IMG/VR virus record: IMGVR_UViG_3300033141_002732
Origin: a virus
Taxonomy: Duplodnaviria > Heunggongvirae > Uroviricota > Caudoviricetes
DNA: 57,864 nucleotides
Direction: 5' to 3' (one strand)
In this document: positions 9,135-17,435 of the stretch, in pieces
Layout: every line of letters starts with the position of its first letter
Position numbering within the stretch: the stretch's first letter is position 1
Position numbers and translations under genes: made by a program
Notes under the pieces: generated by a model
The model's input: the letters and a program-made list of their open reading frames with translations, nothing else
Told to the model about the DNA's origin: nothing
The model's database searches: none

Positions 9135-9283
9135 TTATAACTACTATAGTTAATTCTATTTTTGCAATTATATGGACAAGAGATAGTCTTTTTAATCTTT
9201 GTATAAGATTATATTTTTCTTTATTTAGTTTATATGGTATTTTTCTTTTATTAAAAGAATCTGGTTATATAATTAAATTTTAG
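9110..9283 (+). CDS. Small two-TM membrane protein (57 aa)
   Basis: Below the cutoff; GGAG SD; MEYIYIYLIITTIVNSIFAIIWTRDSLFNLCIRLYFSL... Confidence 0.5.
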   Translation: MEYIYIYLIITTIVNSIFAIIWTRDSLFNLCIRLYFSLFSLYGIFLLLKESGYIIKF

Positions 9284-9302
9284 ATAAAAAGGAATTTAAA
9301 TA

Positions 9303-9566
9303 ATGGAATTCTCAATGAGAAATATTACAGTTGAACAAGCATGTTCTATATTATCTTGTCTTGATTATGCAAATACAATAATTACTTATATGAATGAAGA
9401 AATAAATATATTCGATTTACATTACAAATTTAAACAAAGACAAAACCTTTCTTTAGATGCTAAGGAAGTAAAATTATCATTTAAACCATTAAGATCTAAT
9501 AATTTGAAAGATGCTACTCTTTTAGATCTTGTAATTGATAGATTAGAAATGTGTATTCATTTATAA
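9303..9566 (+). CDS. Hypothetical protein
   Basis: ORF track. Confidence 0.5.
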   Translation: MEFSMRNITVEQACSILSCLDYANTIITYMNEEINIFDLHYKFKQRQNLSLDAKEVKLSFKPLRSNNLKDATLLDLVIDRLEMCIHL

Positions 9567-9581
9567 GGAGTATCTTTTTTA

Positions 9582-9824
9582 ATGATTCATTATTTTTTTA
9601 GAAGTGATATTTATCAACAAGCTCCTAATCATTATTCTTATATTAAAAAAATGTATCCAGATAAAGAAGTTAAGATTTATTTGTTTTATCATCCTCCAAA
9701 ACCTAATTGGAAAGCATTTGTTGTTGGATTTGATTTTAAAATAGAAGATATAAAAGAGCCTCATTTAATAGATTTACATTATAGAGAGATATCAGAAAAA
9801 TATTTTGTTTCTATGGAAGGTTAA
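9582..9824 (+). CDS. Hypothetical protein
   Basis: ORF track; AAGGAG SD. Confidence 0.5.
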   Translation: MIHYFFRSDIYQQAPNHYSYIKKMYPDKEVKIYLFYHPPKPNWKAFVVGFDFKIEDIKEPHLIDLHYREISEKYFVSMEG

Positions 9825-9826
9825 AA

Positions 9827-10189
9827 ATGTCAAAGATAATTGGTATTGTTGGAACAAGAAGTCGTGATTCTGAAGAAGACTTAAAAATAATTGAAAAGTT
9901 ATTTTTAGAACATTATAAGCCAGGTGATACTATATGTTCTGGTTTATGTCCAAAAGGTGCAGATAGATTTGCTGTAATTTTACAAAAAAAATATAAAACA
10001 AAAAAGAAATGGTTTCCTGCAAACTGGCAAAAATATGGAATAGCAGCTGGTTTTATAAGGAATACTAATATTGCAAAATTTTCTAATATTTTAATTGCTT
10101 GTGTTTCTAAAGATAGAAAAGGAGGAACAGAAGATACTATTAAAAAGTTTATGAAATTTCATGGAAAAGAGAGTCTAATAGTTTGTTAA
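9827..10189 (+). CDS. SLOG-family (DUF2493/YspA-like) protein
   Basis: IVGTRSR, SG.C.KGAD, FPANW.KYG.AAG..RN, GGT..TI motifs. Confidence 0.8.
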   Translation: MSKIIGIVGTRSRDSEEDLKIIEKLFLEHYKPGDTICSGLCPKGADRFAVILQKKYKTKKKWFPANWQKYGIAAGFIRNTNIAKFSNILIACVSKDRKGGTEDTIKKFMKFHGKESLIVC

Positions 10190-11307
10190 AAATAGCATCA
10201 GAATCTTTAGAAGTTAAAGAAGACACTTTAAATCATTTTAAATTGAAAGATCCATTTTCTCTCAATGAAGTTGAGGGATATATTTGTAGAAAATCTGATT
10301 ATAGATATGGTGCATTATTTATTTATAAAGTAAATGATTGGAAATGTAAACAAATTATATATACTACTCCAAAATTAGAATATCCATTTAATAGAAATGG
10401 AGATTTTCAATGGCCAGAAATTTATAAAATGGAAGCTTGGGAAAAATTAGATGGAACTAATATTCTTGCTTTTTGGTATAAATATAAAAATGAAAATTTC
10501 TTATCTTTTAAAACTAGAATGTCTCCTTTTCTACAAGATGGTAATTATGGAGGTTTTTTAAGTCTTTGGAAAGAATATTTTTCAAAGAATTTGTGGATTT
10601 CTGAAGTAATAATGGCAAATAAAGAATATAATCTTTCTTTTGAATTATTTGGTTCAAGAAATCCAATTACTGTAGAATATAAAATTCCTTTAGAAGTAAA
10701 TCTTCTTTTTGGAATTAGAAAACATGATCATGTAATCAAACCTCCATCAAAATTAAAAACATTTTATGAAACTAAATTACCATTTAAAATGAATATTAAT
10801 AACAAACTAGATTTAACTGAATTATATGAAAATTTAAGAAAATCAATGTCAGAAAAAAATAAAGATATATTTACTATTGAAGGTATGGTTTTGTATTCTC
10901 TTTCTAATGAAGAATCATGGAGACAATTTAAATGTAAACCTGAAGAAATTCAAAAGATTCATTGGTCTGCTGGTGGAATTCCTAAAAGGGAATTATGGAA
11001 TACAGCAATTAATTCTTTTGAAGAAGGAGAAAATTCTTTAGAACATTTTATAGATTTATTACGTGAAGAATATACAGATCAACAAATAGGAAGGTCTGAG
11101 CAGAAAATTAAAAAGATATTTTTAAAAGCAAATGAACATATTCAACTTGTATCACAAGTAAATAAAGTTTGGTTTTTGGCTAAAGAAAAAGGATTTGATA
11201 TTACTAAAAACAAAAATAATACTTTCAGATTTATTAGTCAATATTTTGACAAAAAAGAAATGAGAAGAGTAGGATCAATAATTTTAAAACAAGCAAATTT
11301 AATATAA
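10183..11307 (+). CDS. ATP-dependent RNA-ligase-like nucleotidyltransferase
   Basis: Motif I EKLDGTNI, motif III FELFG, motif IV EGMVL, motif V FKCK. Confidence 0.7.
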   Translation: MLKIASESLEVKEDTLNHFKLKDPFSLNEVEGYICRKSDYRYGALFIYKVNDWKCKQIIYTTPKLEYPFNRNGDFQWPEIYKMEAWEKLDGTNILAFWYKYKNENFLSFKTRMSPFLQDGNYGGFLSLWKEYFSKNLWISEVIMANKEYNLSFELFGSRNPITVEYKIPLEVNLLFGIRKHDHVIKPPSKLKTFYETKLPFKMNINNKLDLTELYENLRKSMSEKNKDIFTIEGMVLYSLSNEESWRQFKCKPEEIQKIHWSAGGIPKRELWNTAINSFEEGENSLEHFIDLLREEYTDQQIGRSEQKIKKIFLKANEHIQLVSQVNKVWFLAKEKGFDITKNKNNTFRFISQYFDKKEMRRVGSIILKQANLI

Positions 11308-11308
11308 A

Positions 11309-11698
11309 ATGATAAAAAAATGGAAAGATCTTATTATTGAAGTATTAGAGTTTGAAGGCGATTGTTTAAGTCTCGATTCTATTGCAAATAGAATTGTTGA
11401 TGAATATGGTAAATATGGTGTAATAAAAAATAATAAATTAAAGAAAAATATAAGAGATTGTATTAGAACTTCTTTAATTGGTTATATATGTTCTAATTCA
11501 ACTCATGGTCCTAAGATATTTTTTCAAAATAAAAACAAAACATATGGACTAGTTTGTTGGTTAAATTCAATAAATAATTTATTTAATCTAAGAGAAGGTG
11601 AAGAAATTTGTAAAAAATGTAATGGTTTGTTAGGGTGGTGTAATACTTGTTATGGAAAAGGAAGAGTTCTTTGGATCGATAATTTGATTGGAAAATAA
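11309..11698 (+). CDS. HARE-HTH-like winged helix fused to a C-terminal CxxC-(D/L)W(I)(E/D) zinc finger
   Basis: N-terminal WKDLIIEVL..LSLDSIANRI..TYGL; C-terminal CKKCNG..CNTCYGKG..WIDNLIG. Confidence 0.55.
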   Translation: MIKKWKDLIIEVLEFEGDCLSLDSIANRIVDEYGKYGVIKNNKLKKNIRDCIRTSLIGYICSNSTHGPKIFFQNKNKTYGLVCWLNSINNLFNLREGEEICKKCNGLLGWCNTCYGKGRVLWIDNLIGK

Positions 11699-11700
11699 AA

Positions 11701-11729
11701 AAAATGAGTTATTTATTACAACTCATTTT
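11701..11729. terminator. Bidirectional intrinsic terminator
   Basis: AAAATGAGTT/AACTCATTTT 10-bp stem with A/T tracts on both sides. Confidence 0.75.
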
Positions 11730-11736
11730 TTTTGTA

Positions 11737-12067
11737 CAAAAAAACCTCCAGACGAATCAGGCCTGCAGTCCCGAATCACTTGCAAGTTTTTTGACATTCC
11801 TCAACTGAATATACAACGAACTAAGTACAAGCGGCTAACTTTTCCACCGTATGTTCGCTGTTGTCAAGGAGACATGTCATGTCTGGAGGTTAAATGCTGA
11901 GTCTTCTAAAGTGCCACAACCCGACCTTAATTATATTAAGGGTGGACCAGGCAGTCCGACAACCCGAACACATTTTCTTCTGGGGTTAAAATTCAACCCG
12001 TGCCGTTAGCCGGAAAAAGAAATGATTATTTTTTACTATTCATTCCTTTGTGGTAGACAACCTCAGC
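11737..12067 (-). ncRNA. Unassigned structured ncRNA A (about 330 nt)
   Basis: G/C-enriched island downstream of a class A motif (12077-12092). 11-bp closing stem 11743-53/11881-91 followed by a U tract, nested stems with G-U pairs valid only on the - strand, three further hairpins and an 8-bp long-range pairing. Confidence 0.7.
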
Positions 12068-12076
12068 TTTTCTAAT

Positions 12077-12092
12077 TATTTATATATATAAG
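12077..12092 (-). promoter_or_regulatory. Class A promoter-like motif driving ncRNA A
   Basis: CTTATATATATAAATA on the - strand, about 10 nt upstream of the structured region. Confidence 0.6.
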
Positions 12093-12100
12093 ATTATTTT

Positions 12101-12538
12101 TTATATGTAAATAATTTGTAATAGTTTTCTTATTTTCATAATAATCTTTCCGAGATTATTTTCTCCTTTTCCATTACACATTCCCCAGAAAGTGTCACCA
12201 TGTTTATTTCCTTCTATTAATATTGCATTATTTGTATTTAAAAGTTTTATTCTTAAATTTCGATGACTTATATATTTAATCCAATTAATTATAAACATTA
12301 ATTCTTTATCATAATCAAACCAGTCATTTGGTTTAGAAGATGATTCTCTTTTCGCTTGCCATGGTTTTGGTAATGAAATAATGTAATTTCTATATTTTTC
12401 ATCATTCGATTTAAATGTATGATATGCATGTTCATTTGTTGTAAATATATATTTTCCAATTCTTATTTCAGCAAAATAAAAATTTGATAAGAAACTAAAT
12501 TCTCCAGTGAAACTATCTATAATTCTTTCCATTTTCAT
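12101..12538 (-). CDS. NADAR-family (YbiA-like) hydrolase
   Basis: FLSNFY, EHAY, LIEGN..GDTFWG, GENNLGKIIM motifs. Confidence 0.92.
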   Translation of the reverse strand: MKMERIIDSFTGEFSFLSNFYFAEIRIGKYIFTTNEHAYHTFKSNDEKYRNYIISLPKPWQAKRESSSKPNDWFDYDKELMFIINWIKYISHRNLRIKLLNTNNAILIEGNKHGDTFWGMCNGKGENNLGKIIMKIRKLLQIIYI

Positions 12539-12540
12539 TT

Positions 12541-13554
12541 TTAATGTCTTTCACTTCTTTTCTTTTCGCTTAAAGTTGTATATTCAAAATTTAAACATTT
12601 AGCCATTTTATGTGGATATTTTAAACTTGTTATTACAATACCTTCACGTAAATTTTCTGTTGTAAGTTCAGATGGTTGATCTGCTATTTCTCTTACTTGC
12701 TCAATTGATTCAAATTTTGTATAGTGGAATTTTACATGAGGTAAATCATAATTTTTGCATATTTCAACAAATTCAGAATTATGTAAATACTCACCATTTT
12801 TAGTAGCAGCAAATAATTTTATATCTGTTTCTTTTAATCCATATGAAAAATTCTTTTGAATTCCTAATCCAAAAATTTCGCCAAAGAAAACAATATCATA
12901 TGGAATTTTTGGAAGAATTTTTTCTTTTGCAATTTTCCAATAAATATTTTCTGCATTTCCTTTAAGAACTATATTATGAGATCCAACATATTCTTCTTTT
13001 TTATCTTCATGAGGATGTTGTAATATTCCAAATCTTGAATTGGTTCCATGTATTTTTTCAGACCAAATTATTTTTTCTCCTTTTTCAAATGTATATGGTT
13101 CATTTAATATATTTGGCATTTTATAAAATTTTATAAAATGAGGATTTACTGAAGATAAAGATAATGCTTCTCCTCGCATTTGAATTGTTGGTAGATCTTC
13201 CCATTTTAATATAAATGGAATATATGGTTTAACTTTTTCCATTGAAAGGATTAAACCTTCAGATCTATTTCCCCTTAATCTAGTAACTCTTACTTTACCT
13301 TTTGCTAAATATTTTGTAACTTCTACTTCTTCACTTAACTCAAAAGGGAGAACTGACTCGGGTGGAATAAATAAAACTTTGTCTCCAATTTTATGTAATC
13401 CTTTTTTTGAAATTGCACTCCAACCAATTTCTTGAAATAATATTTTTTCTAAAAAATCTGAATTTTCCGCTGGAGAAATTTCTTTAATAGTTACTTCTTT
13501 AATATATGGTGAAACTTCACAATGAGATATTTCTCGTTCATATGTTATTTTCAT
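12541..13554 (-). CDS. RNA ligase, DRB0094-like family
   Basis: N-terminal OB-like region (GDKVLFIPPES, LRGNRSEGL), EKIHGTN, FGEIFGLGIQK, REGIVI. Confidence 0.88.
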   Translation of the reverse strand: MKITYEREISHCEVSPYIKEVTIKEISPAENSDFLEKILFQEIGWSAISKKGLHKIGDKVLFIPPESVLPFELSEEVEVTKYLAKGKVRVTRLRGNRSEGLILSMEKVKPYIPFILKWEDLPTIQMRGEALSLSSVNPHFIKFYKMPNILNEPYTFEKGEKIIWSEKIHGTNSRFGILQHPHEDKKEEYVGSHNIVLKGNAENIYWKIAKEKILPKIPYDIVFFGEIFGLGIQKNFSYGLKETDIKLFAATKNGEYLHNSEFVEICKNYDLPHVKFHYTKFESIEQVREIADQPSELTTENLREGIVITSLKYPHKMAKCLNFEYTTLSEKKRSERH

Positions 13555-13563
13555 TATTTATCC

Positions 13564-13846
13564 TCAACCTTTTATAATTTTTTTTGTTGTTTTTCTAATA
13601 TGTTTTATTGTATATACACCACATGGACATTTATATCTATAATTTCGTTTTGTTTGTTCATTTGTTTTTGAATATTTTTTTAATAATTTTGGAAATATTT
13701 TTTGACAAATTTTACAATCCTGTCCAACACAAAATGGACAAAAACTTTTTTTTATTATCATTTGGCTTATTTAACCAATCTTGAATTCCATTTATATAAT
13801 TAGGATCTAATAAAATTCTTTTATAATTATTTTCTATTATTTTCAT
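13564..13846 (-). pseudogene. Cys-rich protein, paralog of 13870-14139, split by +1 A in an A8 run
   Basis: An ATG at 13846 with an AAGGA SD encodes INGIQDWLNKPNDNKK. Removing one A (13746-13753) joins it to SFCPFCVG, collinear with the paralog's ITGIQIWLKRLNKYKLRYCPF. Confidence 0.75.
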
Positions 13847-13869
13847 TTTTTATCATCCTTTCTAATTCA

Positions 13870-14139
13870 TTATATTTCTTCAATTTCTTTTATTATTTTT
13901 CTTGATTTTTTTATGATATATTTTAATGAATAAACTCCACATGGACAATCGTAATCATATTTCCTATTTGTTAGTTTTATTTTTGAATATCTTTCTTCTA
14001 AATTTGGAAATATTTCTTTGCATAAATCACATGATCGTCCAACGAGAAATGGACAATAACGAAGTTTATATTTATTTAATCTCTTTAACCATATTTGAAT
14101 ACCTGTTATTTCTGTTTGACTAAAGTTATATTTATTCAT
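13870..14139 (-). CDS. Cys-rich small protein (CPF..C..C...CPCG)
   Basis: ORF track; tandem paralog of the preceding gene. Confidence 0.65.
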   Translation of the reverse strand: MNKYNFSQTEITGIQIWLKRLNKYKLRYCPFLVGRSCDLCKEIFPNLEERYSKIKLTNRKYDYDCPCGVYSLKYIIKKSRKIIKEIEEI

Positions 14140-14155
14140 TATTTAAAACCTTTTT

Positions 14156-14437
14156 TTACGATAGTTCTTTTAATTTTTGTTTAAGATGTTTTATTTCATT
14201 TTGTTTTGTTTTTATTTTTTCTTTTAATTTATTTTTTAAGAATTTGTTTGCTTTATATCTAGTCTCAAAAATCCAACTCATTAGATATCGTTCTCTAGAA
14301 CCAAATATTGTTCTAATTACAAGTGTTGGTTCTTCATCAAAAGAAGATTGATTTTTTCTTTCTAATAGAACTCCTTCTTGTATTGTATCAGAATAATTAT
14401 CATAATAATATATTTTTTGTGCTTCTTTTAGATTCAT
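14156..14437 (-). CDS. Hypothetical protein
   Basis: ORF track; lies in the - strand operon. Confidence 0.55.
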   Translation of the reverse strand: MNLKEAQKIYYYDNYSDTIQEGVLLERKNQSSFDEEPTLVIRTIFGSRERYLMSWIFETRYKANKFLKNKLKEKIKTKQNEIKHLKQKLKELS

Positions 14438-14444
14438 TTATTTT

Positions 14445-15773
14445 CTATCCTTTTGTAGATTTTATATTTATAACTGGAATTATTTTATCTATAATTTTTG
14501 CAGTTGGTTTAATTGCTTCTTCTATAATTTTTGGATCTTTGTATGCATCTGGTGCTTCATCTAAAGTATTTTTACAAACAGAAGTTGTATATATTCCTTC
14601 CATTTGTTTTTTAAATTTTTCTAAAGATAATTTTTCTTTAGCTTTTCTTCTTGCAAGAACTCTACCTGCTCCATGAGGTGCTGAAAAATTCCAATCTGGA
14701 TTACTTCTTCCTTCACAAATTAAAATTCCATCTCTCATATTAAAAGGTATAACCATTCTAAATCCTTCAATACTTTTAATTGCACCTTTTCTTATTATTA
14801 AATCATTGAAATCTATATAATTATGAGTAGTTTCAATTATATCTTGAACTTGAATTGAGTCACTTAATATATCAAGGATTATATCAAACATTTGATTTAC
14901 ATTTTTTGATGCATAATGTTGTGCAAAAACCATATCTAAAAGATAATTACAAGCATCATTACCCTCTAAAGTTTCTAAACCAGATGATAAAGTTCCGTCA
15001 AATCCTAATTTCTTTTTTAACTCTTCAATCTTTTTTGGAATATTTTTTTTATCTTTAGTATTTGAAATGATATCTTGAATCTTATTTTGATAATCTTCTC
15101 CTCTTTTTATTTTTAAATTTTCTTTTGCTATATTCTGCCAATATCTACAAATTTTTTCTCCGAATTGTCTGGATCCAGAATGTATACTAATCCAATAATC
15201 TCCAGTATTTCGAGATTTACCTATTTCGATAAAATGGTTGCCTCCGCCTAATGTTCCTATAGAATTTATAGCTCTTTGTATATCCATATTTATTTCTTTA
15301 CATTTTCTTTCGAATTGTTGAAAATCAAATAATATTGGTTGTACATTAGTTCCAAATCTTTCATTATATTTTTTTGTTAAATTTTGTGTTGTGATAAAAG
15401 CTTTTTCCCATGGTAAATATTTTTTTAAATCATATACTGAATTTTTATGAACTGAAGTTCCAAAAGGAATATATTGTTTAATTTTCTTTTCAAGATTTTC
15501 TTTTGTTATATTAGAAAATAAATTTTTTCCAACATTTACAGATAATATTCTACAACCAATATCCACGCCTATTGTATTTGGAATTATTTTAGATGATACT
15601 TCCATTGTAAATCCAATAACACTACCTGTTCCTGCATGAGTATCTGGCATAATTCGAACTGGATTTGTAAATGCTGGATGATTGATAAATTGTATTATTT
15701 GTGAAGAACAACTTTTTTCTATTTCATTTACAAAAACTTTTGCTGTTGTATATTTTCCTTTATATTCAATCAT
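14445..15773 (-). CDS. rtcB: RtcB RNA ligase
   Basis: MPDTHAG, GVDIGC, GTLGGGNHFIE, HSGSR, HNY, RKGA, PHGAGR, DEAPDAYK motifs. Confidence 0.95.
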   Translation of the reverse strand: MIEYKGKYTTAKVFVNEIEKSCSSQIIQFINHPAFTNPVRIMPDTHAGTGSVIGFTMEVSSKIIPNTIGVDIGCRILSVNVGKNLFSNITKENLEKKIKQYIPFGTSVHKNSVYDLKKYLPWEKAFITTQNLTKKYNERFGTNVQPILFDFQQFERKCKEINMDIQRAINSIGTLGGGNHFIEIGKSRNTGDYWISIHSGSRQFGEKICRYWQNIAKENLKIKRGEDYQNKIQDIISNTKDKKNIPKKIEELKKKLGFDGTLSSGLETLEGNDACNYLLDMVFAQHYASKNVNQMFDIILDILSDSIQVQDIIETTHNYIDFNDLIIRKGAIKSIEGFRMVIPFNMRDGILICEGRSNPDWNFSAPHGAGRVLARRKAKEKLSLEKFKKQMEGIYTTSVCKNTLDEAPDAYKDPKIIEEAIKPTAKIIDKIIPVINIKSTKG

Positions 15774-15817
15774 TTTTTTTTGTACCTTTCTGTTAATTTT
15801 GGATGGAATATTGATAA

Positions 15818-15857
15818 AAAAAATAGAATGATATTTGGTAAAATCATTCTATTTTTT
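15818..15857. terminator. Intrinsic terminator-like hairpin downstream of ncRNA B
   Basis: 15-bp inverted repeat AAAAAATAGAATGAT/ATCATTCTATTTTTT. Confidence 0.7.
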
Positions 15858-15868
15858 ATTAATATATT

Positions 15869-16181
15869 AAGGATCCAAATAGCAGCCGGAAGTGTTGGTT
15901 GTGAAAGAGTTGTCACACACTTTTAATCCGGATTTTAAATCGCAGCATTCCAAGCTACTTTGACATAAGACATCATATCATGAGACATTAAGAATCCCTA
16001 TATTTTATCAGGTGGGATACCTGTAAATCATTAAAATGTTTAAACATAATGTCATGAATTGAAGTAATTTTGCTTTGGTTAAGCAAAATTTGTCTGTTTA
16101 TATTTAGCTCCATGCTAATTTCTAATATAACCCAATTAGAGAGGGACCCTATAACTCCGATATTTACACTACCGAATCCTT
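15869..16181 (-). ncRNA. Unassigned structured ncRNA B (about 313 nt) between the DIP1984-like gene and rtcB
   Basis: The ends pair (AAGGATTC-GGTAGT with GCTGCT-GGATCCTT, using G-U pairs). It has a 10-bp hairpin, nested stems and a pseudoknot candidate, a class B motif immediately upstream and a terminator downstream. Confidence 0.75.
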
Positions 16182-16189
16182 ATTTTAAG

Positions 16190-16204
16190 TTTATTATTTG
16201 TTCT
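16190..16204 (-). promoter_or_regulatory. Class B motif AGAACAAATAATAAA embedded in the last codons of the DIP1984-like gene
   Basis: Identical 15-mer to 29717-29731; ends 8 nt before ncRNA B. Confidence 0.6.
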
Positions 16205-16775
16205 GTAGTTCTTCTAAATATGGTTGTTTTTTCTTTTCTTTTTCAATAAAATCAAGAATTGGATGTTCTTCAATTAAATCTGTAATTGCATTTGTAGTTT
16301 GTAATCTTGGACTGAGAGAAGTATAAAAAATATCTAGTTTATTAATATTTCTTTGTTTTTCTTCTTCGTCAAAAAACCATATAACTTGTGGTCTTTTCTC
16401 CCCACTTGAAACTGGATAACGTTGTAATTTTTGTTCACCATGCTTTCTGTTAAGAGCATTACTTGCTTCTTTAATTGGATTTCCTGGGTATCTTTGTATT
16501 ATTAATATTTCTGTTAGAGATAAACGTTTTTCTCCAACGGAAATTATTGTTAAGAGATTTGTAAGTTCAATTCTTACTTTTAACCATATGTATCGTTCCA
16601 TAAGGTCCCCAACAGATTGGACCATACTTTTGACTTCTTTTCTCTGTTGTTTCTCATCTCCATATGGATATCTTTCATTGTCTAATGCAGAACTGTTGTC
16701 TTGAATTTGTTGTATTTTCCGTGTAATTCTTTTTCTTAAATTCTCATACTCATGTAGTGCATCAACTAATTTCAT
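16194..16775 (-). CDS. DIP1984-like coiled-coil protein
   Basis: MKLVDAL...LRKRI, LKVRIELTN, LSLTEIL and the C-terminal LQTTNA pattern resemble the DIP1984 family. Confidence 0.6.
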   Translation of the reverse strand: MKLVDALHEYENLRKRITRKIQQIQDNSSALDNERYPYGDEKQQRKEVKSMVQSVGDLMERYIWLKVRIELTNLLTIISVGEKRLSLTEILIIQRYPGNPIKEASNALNRKHGEQKLQRYPVSSGEKRPQVIWFFDEEEKQRNINKLDIFYTSLSPRLQTTNAITDLIEEHPILDFIEKEKKKQPYLEELQNK

Positions 16776-16817
16776 AATTTAATTCTCCTTAAAAATTAAA
16801 GATTTAAAAAATAAAAA

Positions 16818-16884
16818 AAGAAATAGTGAAATACAGCAATTTCGTAGTCAGGGACATCTCTAGTTTTGTATCTCACTATTTCTT
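16818..16884 (-). promoter_or_regulatory. Long leader hairpin with U tract (attenuator or small RNA) upstream of the DIP1984-like gene
   Basis: 17-bp stem with one G-U valid only on the - strand, a 33-nt loop and a U-rich run before the AAGGAG SD. Confidence 0.55.
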
Positions 16885-17066
16885 GGTTATGTAATAAATA
16901 CAGTGGATAGAGCTAATGGTAATACACAACGAAATTACAAACTAAAGATTATTAAATACATAAATTTATATATATAAGTTATTTTTTTTAACCAGAAATA
17001 ATTTTGAGAAATTATATTTTTTTATATGAACAAAATAACAAATATAGAAATATTGTGGAGTAATTT

Positions 17067-17435
17067 ATGAAAAGAAATATTTTTCATATGATAAGTGAAA
17101 ATAGATATGACGCAGTTTTTTATATTCTTGAAAAAGAACAAATAAAGTTAATTGCATCTGAAATTATTTGTTGGGCTTTATCTAATACTGAAACTGATGA
17201 TGAAAATGATATAAGTGAAATAATTGGAATGATTAATAATGGACTTGATTTAGATTGTGCAGATGAATTTGAAAATTTTATTGGTTATAAGAAAGTTGAT
17301 GAAAATATAGATGAGTTTATGGAAGTAGCAGAACAAATGGTAGAAATGGATAAGAAAGAAAAAGAAAGTTTAGATTCGAAAAAAGAGTTTAAAATAATTG
17401 ATATAGGAGATATTAGAATTGCAAGAAAAGACTAA
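17067..17435 (+). CDS. Acidic hypothetical protein
   Basis: ORF track; GGAG SD. Confidence 0.55.
   Translation: MKRNIFHMISENRYDAVFYILEKEQIKLIASEIICWALSNTETDDENDISEIIGMINNGLDLDCADEFENFIGYKKVDENIDEFMEVAEQMVEMDKKEKESLDSKKEFKIIDIGDIRIARKD

Noticed and set aside
11688-11900. 70-aa + strand ORF in the track
   Set aside because: It crosses a strong terminator, has atypical codons, and coincides with the antisense of structured ncRNA A, whose G-U pairs favour the - strand.
11737-12067. ncRNA A as tmRNA, RNase P, SRP, 6S, a group I intron or a retron msr-msd
   Set aside because: No tRNA-like ends, no GAGGAAAGUCC or CR-V motifs, no SRP GGAAG loop and no P7 pairing; no RT gene nearby. The 3' domain is only loosely 6S-like. 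An Infernal search is needed to exclude these formally.
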